A DNA stretch of 64,000 bases, from NCBI GenBank assembly GCA_963813455.1, contig CAWEZF010000002.1:185312-249311 (forward strand), written 5' to 3'. The position numbers were made by a program, and so were the translations under genes. How positions within the stretch are numbered: the stretch's first letter is position 1; every line of letters begins with the position of its first letter. The notes beneath the pieces are model-generated. The model made no database searches. It had not been told where the DNA came from and was given only the letters and a program-made list of their open reading frames with translations. Origin of the DNA: an uncultured delta proteobacterium. Its GTDB lineage: Bacteria; Desulfobacterota; Syntrophia; Syntrophales; Smithellaceae. This document shows, piece after piece, positions 38,748-50,912 of the stretch.

Positions 38748-40073
38748 ATGAAGAGATTTTGGTTAATTATGCTCACGCTGGGGCTGATTACAGCTTTCAG
38801 CACAACAGTATTTGCCGCGGATGTAAAGTTCAGCGGCCAGTTTTACGTGGCGGGAATGTATGTGGATCAGACGTCATTGAAGAAAGACGCCACGGGGTAT
38901 CCTTCCACCGCTTTTTATTTTCAGCGCCTGCGAGTGCAGACGGAATTCATTGTTTCGCCCGCTTTGAAACTGGTCACCCGCTTTGACGCGATGGAGAGAG
39001 CCTGGGGCGCACCAAGAGGAAGCGCAACAACCACGGATGTAGATTCTTACGGAACCATAGCCGAAAATGAAAACATCGCTTTCGACTGGGCCTACATTAA
39101 TTACAAAGCCCCCATTGGTGTTTTTAACGTAGGTATCATGAACAAGGGCACAACCGGAACCGCTTTCGGCAATAATATTCAGCCGGCGGCCAGAATCAAA
39201 TACGCCTACACTTACGGGCCGGTCTTTGTCGAAGTTCAAACCAGCAAGCTTACAGAAAATAGCCGGACGGCTAAAAATCCAACTGCTGACTGGACAGACG
39301 CTGATCGTGATGAATACGGTGTTGAAGCTGCCTATTCCTGGAAGGGCGGCAAAGCAGGCGTGAATGTCTCCTATAACCGCCGCGCCGAATTTAAGCCGGC
39401 ATCAAGTTACAAAAGGGTTTACTGGCAGGTTGTGCCTTACGCGATGGCCAAAATTGGCCCCGTTGCCCTGGAGGCGGAACTGGGTTATGTCACCGGTAAG
39501 GACAGGGATTATGACAACGCCACTCCCGATGTTAAAATGACCGGTTTGTCCGGATACGTTGATGCCCTTGCTGATTTCGGTATGTTCTACGCCGGCGGCA
39601 CTTTCGCCTATGTTTCCGGCGATAAACCCGATACGGCAAAAAAAGAAGGTGGAACGCTTAGCGGCGGGCGTGACTGGAACCCCTGTCTGATTCTATTTAG
39701 TTATTACGATACCTATCGTTGGGTAGGCGCAATAAGAGGCTGGGATCCTGCTACCACCGGTGTGAGTGATGTAAACAATGCTATGGCAAATGCGTTTTTC
39801 TATCAGGGACGCGTGGGAGTTCGCCCCATTGCTGATTTGAACATTATGGCTTCTCTGGCTTACGCCTATGCGGACAAAAAACCGTCTGGTTACCTGGAAA
39901 AAGATTACGGTATAGAATTTGACTTAACCGCAACCTATAAGATAACCAACAATCTCTCCTATATGCTGGGCGCGGGTTATCTCTGGACGGGCGATTACTT
40001 CAAATACAATAATGATGCCAATAAAGTAGACGATAACTTCATGGTCATCAATAAGCTGACGTTGACTTTCTAG
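38748..40073 (+). CDS. outer-membrane beta-barrel protein (porin-like), family not recognised
   Basis: Signal peptide MKRFWLIMLTLGLITAFSTTVFA, alternating aromatic/polar strand pattern throughout, and a terminal ..LTLTF with C-terminal Phe. Confidence 0.65.
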   Translation: MKRFWLIMLTLGLITAFSTTVFAADVKFSGQFYVAGMYVDQTSLKKDATGYPSTAFYFQRLRVQTEFIVSPALKLVTRFDAMERAWGAPRGSATTTDVDSYGTIAENENIAFDWAYINYKAPIGVFNVGIMNKGTTGTAFGNNIQPAARIKYAYTYGPVFVEVQTSKLTENSRTAKNPTADWTDADRDEYGVEAAYSWKGGKAGVNVSYNRRAEFKPASSYKRVYWQVVPYAMAKIGPVALEAELGYVTGKDRDYDNATPDVKMTGLSGYVDALADFGMFYAGGTFAYVSGDKPDTAKKEGGTLSGGRDWNPCLILFSYYDTYRWVGAIRGWDPATTGVSDVNNAMANAFFYQGRVGVRPIADLNIMASLAYAYADKKPSGYLEKDYGIEFDLTATYKITNNLSYMLGAGYLWTGDYFKYNNDANKVDDNFMVINKLTLTF

Positions 40074-40103
40074 TTTAGAAGACTCTTTCTCTGAAAGAAA
40101 TTA

Positions 40104-40141
40104 ATCCCCGGAAGGGCAGGCAACTTCCGGGGATCTTTTTA
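40104..40141 (+). terminator. intrinsic terminator of the porin-like gene
   Basis: ATCCCCGGAAG-9 nt-CTTCCGGGGAT followed by CTTTTT. Confidence 0.7.
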
Positions 40142-40332
40142 TCACAAATGCAAATAATATTTATTTGGCGTTCTTTTTCCTGATTGATTGATAGACGGGA
40201 AGTAGAATCATGATAAAACAAAGTATCAGCGCCTTGCACGCACCGTAAAAAACAGCCTGCATCGCTTCATTGTTTCCTCCTTGGTGGTTATCGCCGCGCC
40301 GTTATTGTCTCAAAAAACTAATTTTAATCTAA

Positions 40333-40824
40333 TTATGAATCTTTTGTCTTACTTCGCCTGGTTATGATCTCCCAAAGCATCAGGAAGGCGCCGACAGTAA
40401 TGGCGGAATCAGCAACGTTGAATGCCGGCCAGTGCCAGCTGCCGATATAGAAATCCAGAAAGTCCACCACCGCGCCGAATCTGATGCGGTCAATCAGGTT
40501 GCCCACGGCGCCGCCGAAAATAAGAGATAGAGACAAAATGATCAAAAATGGCTCATTTTCGCTTTTTACGATGTAGTAAATAATCAGCGCCATGGCCAAA
40601 AGCGTGATACCGATGAAAAAAGCGTAGCGGAAAAGTTCGGGCATGTCCGCCAAAAATCCGAATGCCGCGCCGGGGTTCATTACATATACAAGATTGAAAA
40701 ATCCGTCGATAATCTTGTGTGTCCCATACATGAAAAGTTTTTCGGTGATGACTGATTTGGTGATTTGATCCAGGATAATAATGACCGACGCGCAGACGAT
40801 AAAAAAAGCCAGATTTTTCTTCAT
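40333..40824 (-). CDS. lspA: lipoprotein signal peptidase II
   Basis: ORF to 40842; ATG 40824 (MKKNLAFF..). NPGAAFGF and FNVADSAI motifs. Lies immediately downstream of ileS. Confidence 0.9.
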   Translation of the reverse strand: MKKNLAFFIVCASVIIILDQITKSVITEKLFMYGTHKIIDGFFNLVYVMNPGAAFGFLADMPELFRYAFFIGITLLAMALIIYYIVKSENEPFLIILSLSLIFGGAVGNLIDRIRFGAVVDFLDFYIGSWHWPAFNVADSAITVGAFLMLWEIITRRSKTKDS

Positions 40825-40844
40825 CAGAATACCCTCACGCAAGG

Positions 40845-43635
40845 TTATAGATTTACGAGGCAGCGTTCACACGCTTTTGGATGATTTTTATCTTTTCCTA
40901 AAGACTCAGAGTACACCCAGCAACGTTCGCATTTTTCACCGCGCGCCTTTTCCACGCCGACAACCAGTCCTTTTATTTCTTCGCTTTTATAAGGATTGGC
41001 GATTTGATTTTCCGGAACAATTTGCAATTGCGAGATAATCAGCAACGCCCGTAAGTCTTCCATGTGGCTTTCAAAAAGGTTTTTCATCTTTTCCGGCGCG
41101 GCGATGCTGACGCGCGCGTCCAGCGAATGACCGATTGCTTTATCTTTTCTGGCCTGCTCAAGCGCCTTGGCAATTTCCGCGCGGGCGTCAATCATTGTTT
41201 TCCACGTATCACCCAAAGAGGGATTTGAATAACGCTCATCTGCCTGCGGCAGGCGCGCCAGATGAACACTTGCTTCTTTTTCTTTCCAGGCGGGCATTGC
41301 CTTCCAGATTTCTTCCGCGGTAAAGGTGAAAATAGGCGCCAAAAGCCGCGTCATTGCTTTTAAAATAATGAACATGGCGCTCTGGCCGGAACGCCGCGCC
41401 ACAGAGCCTGCTTTTGTTGTGTAGAGCCGGTCTTTTAAAACATCAAGATAAAGAGCGCTCAAATCCACGGTGCAGTAATTATACAGAGTGTAGAAAACAA
41501 CATGGAACTGATAACGATCGTAGGCGTCACCCACTCTTTTGATGATTTCCTGAAGGCGATGCAGCGCCCACATATCCATTTCTTCCATTTTTTCGTAAGC
41601 GATTAAATCTTTATCGGGATCAAAATCATAAAGATTGCCCAGGATAAATCTTCCGGTATTGCGGATGCGGCGGTAGGCTTCCACGAGGCGTTTGAGAATT
41701 TCTTCGGAGATGCGGATATCGTCGGTATAATCTTCGGCGGCAACCCAAAGCCTGAGAATTTCCGCGCCGTATTTTTCAATAACTTCCTGGGGTTCGATCG
41801 TGTTGCCGATGGACTTGGACATCTTTTTTCCTTCGCCGTCCACGACAAAGCCATGCGTCAAAACGCTAAGGTACGGCGCGCGGTTTCTTGTGCCCACTGA
41901 TTCCAGAAGCGACGAATGAAACCAGCCGCGATGCTGATCGGAACCTTCAAGATACATGTCCGCGGGCGAGCGCAGATCCGGTCTTTTTTCCAGAACTGCC
42001 GCGTGCGTGACGCCGGAATCAAACCACACATCGAGAATGTTTGTTTCTTTGGTAAATTCGGAAGACTGGCAATGCGGGCAGACACTGCCTTTGGGCATCA
42101 GGTCTGTGGCTTCTTTTTCAAACCAGATATCCGCGCCGCCTTTTTCCACCAGCGCAACCAGGTAATCGAGCATTTCTTTGGTGAGCACCTCGGCCTTGCA
42201 CTTGGCGCAGTAATAAACGGTGATCGGTACGCCCCACAGTCGCTGGCGCGAGATGCACCAGTCGGGGCGATTTTCCACCATGCCGTAGATGCGGTCGCGT
42301 CCCCAGGCGGGAATCCACTGAACTTCATTGATGGCGGCGAGCGCCTTTTTGCGCAGGTCGTTTTTCTCCATCGAGATAAACCACTGTTCGGTGGAGCGGA
42401 AAATAATAGGCTGTTTGCAGCGCCAGCAGTGCGGATAGGAATGCTGCATGGGAAAATGCCCCAGGAGCGCGCCCGCTTCTTTCAGTTTTTTGATGACGTT
42501 GTCATTGGCGTCGAAGACAAACTGGCCGGCGAAATGCTCGACATCTTCGGTAAACTTTCCCGCGTCATCCACGGGCGCGTAATTTTCCAGGCCGTATTTC
42601 AGGCCGATTTCATAGTCTTCCTGGCCGTGGCCGGGAGCGATGTGCACGCAGCCGGTGCCCGCTTCCAGCGTGACAAACGGCGCCAGAATCAAAACGCTGT
42701 CTCTTTTCACCAGCGGGTGGACACATTTTTGACTCTTCCACGACGGCACCTTTGAATTCGTCCAGAATTTCATATTTTTTGTTTTTGTAACCGAAAGCAT
42801 CCAGGCAGTAATCAAGCATGTCTTTGGCGACAATCAGCACTTCGCCGTCAATTTTCACCGCGGCGTAAATGAAATCATCTTTCAGCGCGATGGCCAGATT
42901 GGCGGGAATCGTCCAGGGAGTTGTTGTCCAGATGACGAAGTTAACTTTCTGCCCGGCCAGTTTCGGCAGAACTTTGGCGATATCGGAGGTAACGGAGAAT
43001 TTTACATAGATGGACGGAGTTTGATGATCCGCGTATTCAACTTCCGCTTCCGCCAGCGCTGTTTTGCACGACGCGCACCAATAAACAGGCTTCTTGCCCT
43101 TATAAACACTGCCGTTGAGATAGAGTTTGCCGAATTCGGCGATTGTTGCTGCTTCGTAAGGATAGGCCATGGTCAGATAAGGATTTTCCCATTCGCCGAA
43201 AACACCGAGTCTTTTAAATTGATCGCGCTGAATGCCGACGTATTTTTCGGCATAGACACGACAGGCGCGGCGTTTGTCCGTCTGCGACATGGTCAGTTTT
43301 TTGGCGCCCAGTTCTTTATCCACCTGATGTTCGATAGGCAGGCCGTGGCAATCCCAGCCCGGCACGTAAACACCGTCCAGCCCGTTCATGTTCTTGGCTT
43401 TGATCACGATGTCTTTTAAAATTTTATTAAGCGCCGTTCCCAGATGAATGCTGCCGTTGGCATACGGCGGGCCATCGTGCAGAATAAAAGGTTTGGCGCC
43501 ACTAAGATTTTTGCGAATCATTTTATAAATTCCTGTTTCTTCCCAGGTTTTAAGCATTTCCGGCTCGCGCTGCGCCAGATTCGCTTTCATCGGAAAATCC
43601 GTTTGGGGAAGATTCAGGCTTTTCTTGTAATCCAT
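40845..43635 (-). CDS. ileS: isoleucine--tRNA ligase, one frameshift in this sequence
   Basis: ORFs 42610..43635 and 40845..42833 join as ..[20 protein letters not shown].. when one A is removed from the run at 42726-42730. HIGH-type ([12 protein letters not shown]) and KMSKS motifs are present, with a C-terminal Zn finger (CERCW..CERC). Confidence 0.92.
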
Positions 43636-43816
43636 TTATTGCTCCTTGTGCTGCAAAAAAATAGCGGTCAGACCGCGAAAATTATACGTTTTTTTCGTGG
43701 CAGTGCACTATCACACAATTATTGCACTTTCAAGTAAACTCTATAACACTTAACCTCAATAATTTCTTGACAAATTTGTTGCTGTTGTCTTCCGTATGAA
43801 GGCGGCTCACCCAGAC

Positions 43817-43845
43817 TTGACTTTCCGGGGCGCGATATATATAAA
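43817..43845 (+). promoter_or_regulatory. candidate sigma70-type promoter upstream of htpX
   Basis: TTGACT (43817-43822), a 17-nt spacer, then TATAAA (43840-43845). Confidence 0.45.
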
Positions 43846-43908
43846 TAAAAAATTGGTTTTTTCAAAAAAATTAAAAATGTTAATTAACTTGGGAGGGTTT
43901 GTATAAAA

Positions 43909-44803
43909 ATGAAAAGAATTATGCTGTTTCTTTTAACTAATATTGCTGTGATTTTTATTCTCAGCATCGTTTTACGCCTTTTGGGGGTAGACCGCATTCT
44001 CGATGAAAGTGGCACTAACTTGAACATGTATAATCTGCTGATTTTTGCCGCGGTTTTCGGCTATGGGCGGCGCGCTGATTTCCCTGATGATATCCAAATG
44101 GATGGCCAAGCGACTGACGGGAGCGAAAGTAATCACCAGCCCCAGAAGTTCCACGGAAATCTGGCTGGTGGATACGGTAAAAAAGCAGGCGTCAATGGCG
44201 GGAATCGGCATGCCGGAAGTGGCGATTTTTGATTCGGCCGCGCCCAATGCCTTTGCCACCGGCATGAACAAAAATAAAGCCCTGGTTGCCGTAAGTTCCG
44301 GGTCTGCTGCGCGCGATGAATAAGGAAGAAGCGGAAGCAGTTTTAGGCCACGAAATCAGCCATGTCGCTAACGGGGATATGATTACGCTCACGCTGATTC
44401 AGGGCGTGTTAAATACGTTTGTCATTTTCTTTTCCCGCGTGGCGGGTCATTTTGTGGACAGAGTTATTCTAAAAAACGAAAGAGGGCATGGCCTGGGATT
44501 TTTTCTGACGACAATCATCGCGCAGATTGTTTTCGGCATCTTGGCCAGCATCATTGTTTTGTGGTTCAGCAGGCAGAGAGAATATCAAGGCGGATGCGGG
44601 AGGCGCGAAGCTTGCCGGAACGCCTAGTATGATTGCCGCGCTGGAAAAGTTAAAAGCGGGTGTTGCTGCAGCCCCTGCCGGATCAGATGTCCGCTTTTGG
44701 TATTAGCGGCAAGCCCTCCAAGCACGGTCTGAAGCTTTTGTTTATGAGCCATCCGCCTCTGGATGACCGCATCGAGGCGCTGAAAAAGTTGACTTACCGA
44801 TAA
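43909..44803 (+). pseudogene. htpX: HtpX-family M48 membrane protease interrupted by four frameshifts
   Basis: The pieces read [21 protein letters not shown] / [28 protein letters not shown] / [35 protein letters not shown] / [15 protein letters not shown] / [27 protein letters not shown]. Shifts are at about 44065, 44303, 44589 and 44672-44675; each is repaired by deleting one base. Confidence 0.85.
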
Positions 44804-44829
44804 AGGCAAACTAATATTACATTGATCTC

Positions 44830-44874
44830 AGCCGGTTTCGCACAAGGCCTTGTGCGAAACCGGCTTCTTTTTTT
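44830..44874 (+). terminator. strong intrinsic terminator after htpX
   Basis: Perfect 18+18-nt palindrome AGCCGGTTTCGCACAAGG/CCTTGTGCGAAACCGGCT followed by TCTTTTTTT. Confidence 0.8.
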
Positions 44875-45014
44875 AAAAAAAGATTGTTTCCAAAAGCAGT
44901 TGAATATGCGGATAAATTACAATATAGAAGCAAAGCGCTATATGGTAATGCGCAACATGCAACAAACAGAGCTTCTGAAATTTGATTTTATAATATATTT
45001 TTGATTGAGGATTT

Positions 45015-45656
45015 ATGATTGCAGAAATATTTTCTTCCATCACTTCCTGGTATCTGGAGCATATCAATTACGGCACCGTTGTATTGTTGATGAGTATCGA
45101 GAGTTCGTTCATTCCTTTTCCCTCCGAAATAGTTGTGCCACCCGCCGCGTATAAAGCCGCGCAGGGATCGCTCAATATTTTCGGTGTGTTTTTTGCCGCC
45201 ACGGCCGGCGCGCTTATCGGCGCCACTTTTAATTATTTTTTCGCGTATTTTTTGGGAAGAAAAGTTCTTTATCGTCTGGCGGACACCCGCATCGCCCATT
45301 TTCTGCTAATTACCGAAAATACTCTGGAAAAGGCGGAAGATTATTTTATTAAATACGGCCGCAGCTCCACTTTTATCGGGCGGTTGATCCCGGCGATAAG
45401 ACAATTGATTTCGCTGCCGGCAGGATTTGCCAAAATGGATTTCAAACAGTTTTTGCTTTTCACCGCGCTGGGCTCAGGCCTTTGGAATATTATCCTTGTT
45501 TTACTAGGTTATTTTCTTTACACGCAGAAGGAACTGCTTGAAGAATATTACACGGACATTTCGATATTCTTTCTTGTCTGTGGTGTTATCTTTTTCGGAT
45601 ATATGCTTTACAGGGGATTGAAAAAAGAAAAAAATGGGAAAAATATTTTTTCATGA
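45015..45656 (+). CDS. DedA-family membrane protein
   Basis: 213-aa ORF. ..ESSFIPFPSEIVVPPAAY..YGRSSTFIGRLIPAIRQLISLPAG.. is typical of DedA/SNARE-associated proteins. Confidence 0.85.
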   Translation: MIAEIFSSITSWYLEHINYGTVVLLMSIESSFIPFPSEIVVPPAAYKAAQGSLNIFGVFFAATAGALIGATFNYFFAYFLGRKVLYRLADTRIAHFLLITENTLEKAEDYFIKYGRSSTFIGRLIPAIRQLISLPAGFAKMDFKQFLLFTALGSGLWNIILVLLGYFLYTQKELLEEYYTDISIFFLVCGVIFFGYMLYRGLKKEKNGKNIFS

Positions 45657-45857
45657 AACTAGACGTTGATTAGCGGCACAGATTCAACGCATTTAATTAA
45701 CCATTATTTAAGCAATGAATTCATACCCAAAGCATAAAATCATCGACGATGTGGGACGGATGGATTTGCCCGTGTGACCGAAATGCTCAAGGATTTATGG
45801 TAATCTCCAGATAAACTTTACGGGATAATTTTTACTTAAATGTGAGATTAATTTATT

Positions 45858-45894
45858 AATAAAAAGCCCCTTGTCCGAACGGACAAGGGGCTTT
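45858..45894 (-). terminator. intrinsic terminator of groES-groEL (hairpin shared with the convergent dedA)
   Basis: AAAGCCCCTTGTCC-GTTC-GGACAAGGGGCTTT followed by TTATT on the minus strand. Confidence 0.75.
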
Positions 45895-45903
45895 AAAATT
45901 TGA

Positions 45904-45935
45904 GATTGCTTCGTCGCGATGCTTCTCGCAATGAC
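45904..45935. repeat. REP-like palindromic element in the groEL 3' UTR
   Basis: Minus strand GTCATTGCGAGAAGCATCGCGACGAAGCAATC. It is related in sequence to the second hairpin of the element at 15873-15954 (GTCATTCCGTGCAAGCGTAGCGCGACACGGAATC). Confidence 0.5.
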
Positions 45936-45955
45936 AAGGTGGTACTGCTACTTAA

Positions 45956-47620
<1,665 letters not shown>

Positions 47621-47630
47621 TTAATTATTC

Positions 47631-47921
47631 TTATTTTTCAATGATTCCTAAAATGTCGTCTTCCCGCATGATCAAATACTCGTCACCGTCGATTTTAACT
47701 TCGGTGCCGCCGTATTTGCTGAAAAGAATTTTGTCGCCGACTTTTACTTCCGGTTTAATAAGCTTACCGTCATCGGCCACTTTGCCTTTGCCCACGGCTA
47801 CTACTTTTCCTTCAATGGGTTTTTCCTTGGCGGTGTCCGGGATAATGATGCCTCCCTTGGTTTTTTGCTCTTCTGCCAAACGTTTTACAATAATTCTATC
47901 TTGTAAAGGTCTGATATTCAT
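47631..47921 (-). CDS. groES: co-chaperonin GroES
   Basis: 96-aa [30 protein letters not shown]. Confidence 0.95.
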   Translation of the reverse strand: MNIRPLQDRIIVKRLAEEQKTKGGIIIPDTAKEKPIEGKVVAVGKGKVADDGKLIKPEVKVGDKILFSKYGGTEVKIDGDEYLIMREDDILGIIEK

Positions 47922-48059
47922 GCTTTTTTCTCCTTTCCTGCTTTTTTTATGTTTTTATTCATAATTGCTGAATAGCGCCGCTAACTTAAACATTTTTTTG
48001 ATAATGTCAATACTTAGGTGGATTTTCTAAAAAAATATTTTCCGATGCGCCCTGTGAAA

Positions 48060-49421
48060 TTAAAATAAATTTTCCAGCATCTGTTGAAGCGAGCTGACTG
48101 TCATCACTTTCATTTTTGCCACTTTAATTGTCTGCGCGGAGGAGGTTTTGGGTGCTATGCAATACTCAAATCCCAGGCGCGCCGCTTCTTTTACCCTTGT
48201 TTCCATTTGAGAAACTGCGCGTATTTCGCCGGTTAGCCCCACTTCTCCTAAAACAACGGTGCGCGCGTCAATTGGCTTATCCAAAAAGCTTGAGGCCATC
48301 GCGGCAACGACGCCTAAATCCACCGCCGGTTCCGAAAGCTTTATGCCGCCGGCGACGTTGATGAAAATATCAGACGCGCCGAGATGCAGGCCGCAGATTT
48401 TATCGAGAACTGCCACCAAAAGTGACACGCGATTATGATCCACGCCGATGGCTGTTCGTCGCGGCATTCCCAGATTAGTGGGGGAAACCAGCGCCTGAAT
48501 TTCCACTAAGATAGGCCGGGTGCCTTCCAGGCTGGGAACGACAACTGAACCGGAAACATTTTGCGGCCTTTCCGCCAAAAAGAAAGACGAAGGGTTGGGA
48601 ACTTCTTTTAACCCCTTTTCCTGCATTTCAAAAACGCCAATTTCATTGGCCGGCCCGAAACGGTTTTTAATCCCGCGCACAATTCTATAGGCGTGACCTG
48701 AATCTCCTTCGAAATAAAGAACCGTGTCCACCATGTGCTCCAAAACTTTTGGTCCGGCAATGGAGCCGTCTTTGGTGACATGGCCGACCAGAAAAACCGG
48801 AATGCCGAATTTTTTGGCAAACAAAATAAGCCTGGAAGACGCTTCACGCACCTGGCCTACGCTGCCCGGCGCGGACATCAGATCCGAAGAATAAAGAGTT
48901 TGAATGGAATCAATCACGACAATCGCGGGAGAAATATTTTTTATCTGCTCCAGAATTTTCTCCAGCGATACTTCCACAAGCACCAGCAGGTTTTTAGACG
49001 CCGCGCCGACCCGCTGGCCGCGCATTTTAATCTGGCTGGCTGATTCTTCGCCGGAAACATAAAGTACTTTTGTGCCGTTTTGCGCCAGGTTATGCATCAT
49101 CTGCAGCATCAACGTGGATTTGCCGATGCCCGGCTCTCCGCCGATTAAAACCGCAGAGCCGCCGACAACGCCTCCGCCTAAAACACGGTCGATCTCTGCT
49201 AGTCCCGTAGTCAGGCGCTTGCCTTCTTCTGCGGGTATTTCTTCAATAGGCAGGGGCTTGCCGCCGAAGTTCATCTCGGCGCGGCTGCCGGAAGTCTCTT
49301 GGGTAACCAGCTCTTCGGCAAAACAGTTCCATCCCTCGCAGGAAGGGCACTTGCCCAGCCATTTTGGCGACATATAGCCGCAGTGCTGACAGAAAAAACT
49401 GGTTTTGGATTTTTTTACCAC
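48060..49421 (-). CDS. radA: DNA repair protein RadA (Sms)
   Basis: Zn finger CQHCG..CPSC, Walker A GEPGIGKST, KNRFG motif and a Lon-protease-like C-terminal domain. Confidence 0.93.
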   Translation of the reverse strand: MVKKSKTSFFCQHCGYMSPKWLGKCPSCEGWNCFAEELVTQETSGSRAEMNFGGKPLPIEEIPAEEGKRLTTGLAEIDRVLGGGVVGGSAVLIGGEPGIGKSTLMLQMMHNLAQNGTKVLYVSGEESASQIKMRGQRVGAASKNLLVLVEVSLEKILEQIKNISPAIVVIDSIQTLYSSDLMSAPGSVGQVREASSRLILFAKKFGIPVFLVGHVTKDGSIAGPKVLEHMVDTVLYFEGDSGHAYRIVRGIKNRFGPANEIGVFEMQEKGLKEVPNPSSFFLAERPQNVSGSVVVPSLEGTRPILVEIQALVSPTNLGMPRRTAIGVDHNRVSLLVAVLDKICGLHLGASDIFINVAGGIKLSEPAVDLGVVAAMASSFLDKPIDARTVVLGEVGLTGEIRAVSQMETRVKEAARLGFEYCIAPKTSSAQTIKVAKMKVMTVSSLQQMLENLF

Positions 49422-49598
49422 TTATATCTCTCCTTCGCCGAAAATGGAGAAAAACATATTTTTTCCATATATGTCAACATTAATAAAAGCGGAAAACATT
49501 ATAAACAATATAAAAATCGTTATTTTATCATCTCTTTACAAAGGTCGGGTAAATGCCCATATTTTATGATAAACAATTTAAAAAGAGAGGAAAAGACA

Positions 49599-49982
49599 AT
49601 GAAACTTAGTGAATATTTTGAAGAGGCCAAGGGCGCGGGGATTCTGGCCACCGCGGATAAAAATGGTAAGGTTAACGCCGCTATTTACGGCCGGCCGCAT
49701 TTTTTTGACGAAGAAACCGTGGCTTTTATCATGGCAGAAAAACTGACCCACGCCAATTTGCAGGTAAGCCCCCATGCTGTTTATCTTTTTAAAGAAGCGG
49801 ATAAATATGAGGGCAAGCGCTTATATCTGACAAAAATCCGCGAAGAGAAGGACAGTCCGCTGATTGAAGAAATTCGCCGCAGAAAATATAAAGAGGTGGA
49901 AGGTAAATACAAAACCGGCCCCAAATATCTGGTTTATTTTAAGCTGGACAAAGTGCTTCCGTTAATCGGGGATGCACAATAA
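49599..49982 (+). CDS. pyridoxamine 5'-phosphate oxidase-family (FMN-binding split barrel) protein
   Basis: ORF 49299..49982 overlaps the radA start. The ATG at 49599 after GAGAGGAAAAG gives a 127-aa protein, MKLSEYFEEAKGAGILATADKNGKVNAAIYG... Confidence 0.65.
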   Translation: MKLSEYFEEAKGAGILATADKNGKVNAAIYGRPHFFDEETVAFIMAEKLTHANLQVSPHAVYLFKEADKYEGKRLYLTKIREEKDSPLIEEIRRRKYKEVEGKYKTGPKYLVYFKLDKVLPLIGDAQ

Positions 49983-50012
49983 AAAATTGTAATTTATCCA
50001 GAGGAGATAAAG

Positions 50013-50912
50013 ATGAAAGTTTTTATAACAGGCGGCACGGGGTTTGTTGGCACTTATCTGGCCGGAAGATTGATTAAAGAAGGCCATGATGTTTCTATTC
50101 TTACTCCTAATCCGGATAGCTCCGAAACAAGATTGCCGAAAGTTTCCTATATCGCCGGCAATCCGACGATAAAAGGGCAATGGCAGGAATCCGTCGGGAA
50201 ACATAATGTGATTATAAATCTGGCCGGCGCGTCCATCTTCAGCCGCTGGACACCCGCGCAAAAAAAGATTTTGCGGGATAGCCGCATGGATACCACGCGC
50301 AACGTGGTAGAAGCCCTGCCTGACGATGCGAGTGACATTACATTTTTCAGCACGTCTGCCGTGGGTTATTACGGCTTTCATGAAGATGAAGAGTTAGTTG
50401 AATCGTCTGCGGCCGGTGATGATTTTCTGGCACGGCTCGCCTTTGATTGGGAGCAGGAAGCCCTGCGCGCCGCCAAGAAAAAAGCGCGCGTCGTAATCAC
50501 GCGCTTCGGTATCGTGCTGGGTAAAAACGGCGGAGCGCTGGGCCAGATGATTCCGCTTTTTAAATATTTTCTAGGCGGGCCGCTGGGCAGCGGCAGGCAG
50601 TGGTTTTCCTGGGTGCATATGGAGGATCTTGCCGAAGCGTTTATTTTTCTTCTGGCGCACAAAGAAATATCCGGGGCGGTTAATGTCTGTTCCCCTAATC
50701 CGGTGCCCAATAAAGATTTAGGCAAGGCTTTGGGCAAAGTATTAAGCCGGCCGTCTTTTCTGCCCGCTCCCGGATTTATGATGCGGCTTATTCTGGGTGA
50801 ATTCGGATCTGTTTTGCTTAAAGGGCAGCGCGTCCTTCCGCAAAAGCTTGTTAATGCCGGTTTTAAATTCCGGTATCCGGAAATTGAAGAAGCGCTGAGA
50901 AGTATCATATAG
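50013..50912 (+). CDS. TIGR01777-family NAD-dependent epimerase/dehydratase-like protein (YfcH-like)
   Basis: MKVFITGGTGFVGTYL Rossmann motif and a DUF1731-like C-terminus (..LLKGQRVLPQKLVNAGFKFRYPEIEEAL). Confidence 0.8.
   Translation: MKVFITGGTGFVGTYLAGRLIKEGHDVSILTPNPDSSETRLPKVSYIAGNPTIKGQWQESVGKHNVIINLAGASIFSRWTPAQKKILRDSRMDTTRNVVEALPDDASDITFFSTSAVGYYGFHEDEELVESSAAGDDFLARLAFDWEQEALRAAKKKARVVITRFGIVLGKNGGALGQMIPLFKYFLGGPLGSGRQWFSWVHMEDLAEAFIFLLAHKEISGAVNVCSPNPVPNKDLGKALGKVLSRPSFLPAPGFMMRLILGEFGSVLLKGQRVLPQKLVNAGFKFRYPEIEEALRSII

Noticed and set aside
42700-42740. Programmed ribosomal frameshifting as an explanation for the split ileS (and hisH, htpX)
   Set aside because: There is no slippery heptamer plus downstream structure, no precedent for these genes, and the same one-extra-base pattern recurs in unrelated genes. 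Sequence error or decay is the simpler explanation.
41916-42755. 279-aa plus-strand ORF, plus several shorter ones, inside ileS
   Set aside because: It is antisense to a strongly conserved ileS reading frame. The translation is low-complexity and Arg/Gly/Phe-rich with no family resemblance. This is a typical shadow ORF.
43636-43908. T-box or other leader upstream of ileS
   Set aside because: I recognised no specifier or T-box consensus. The region looks like a plain divergent promoter region.
47922-48059. CIRCE (HrcA operator) or sigma32 promoter upstream of groES
   Set aside because: Only TTAGCGGCGCTATTCAGCAA is present, which does not fit TTAGCACTC-N9-GAGTGCTAA. No CTTGAAA..CCCCAT match was seen. 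A weak TTGACA-17-AAGTTA is the only promoter-like signal, too poor to report as a feature.
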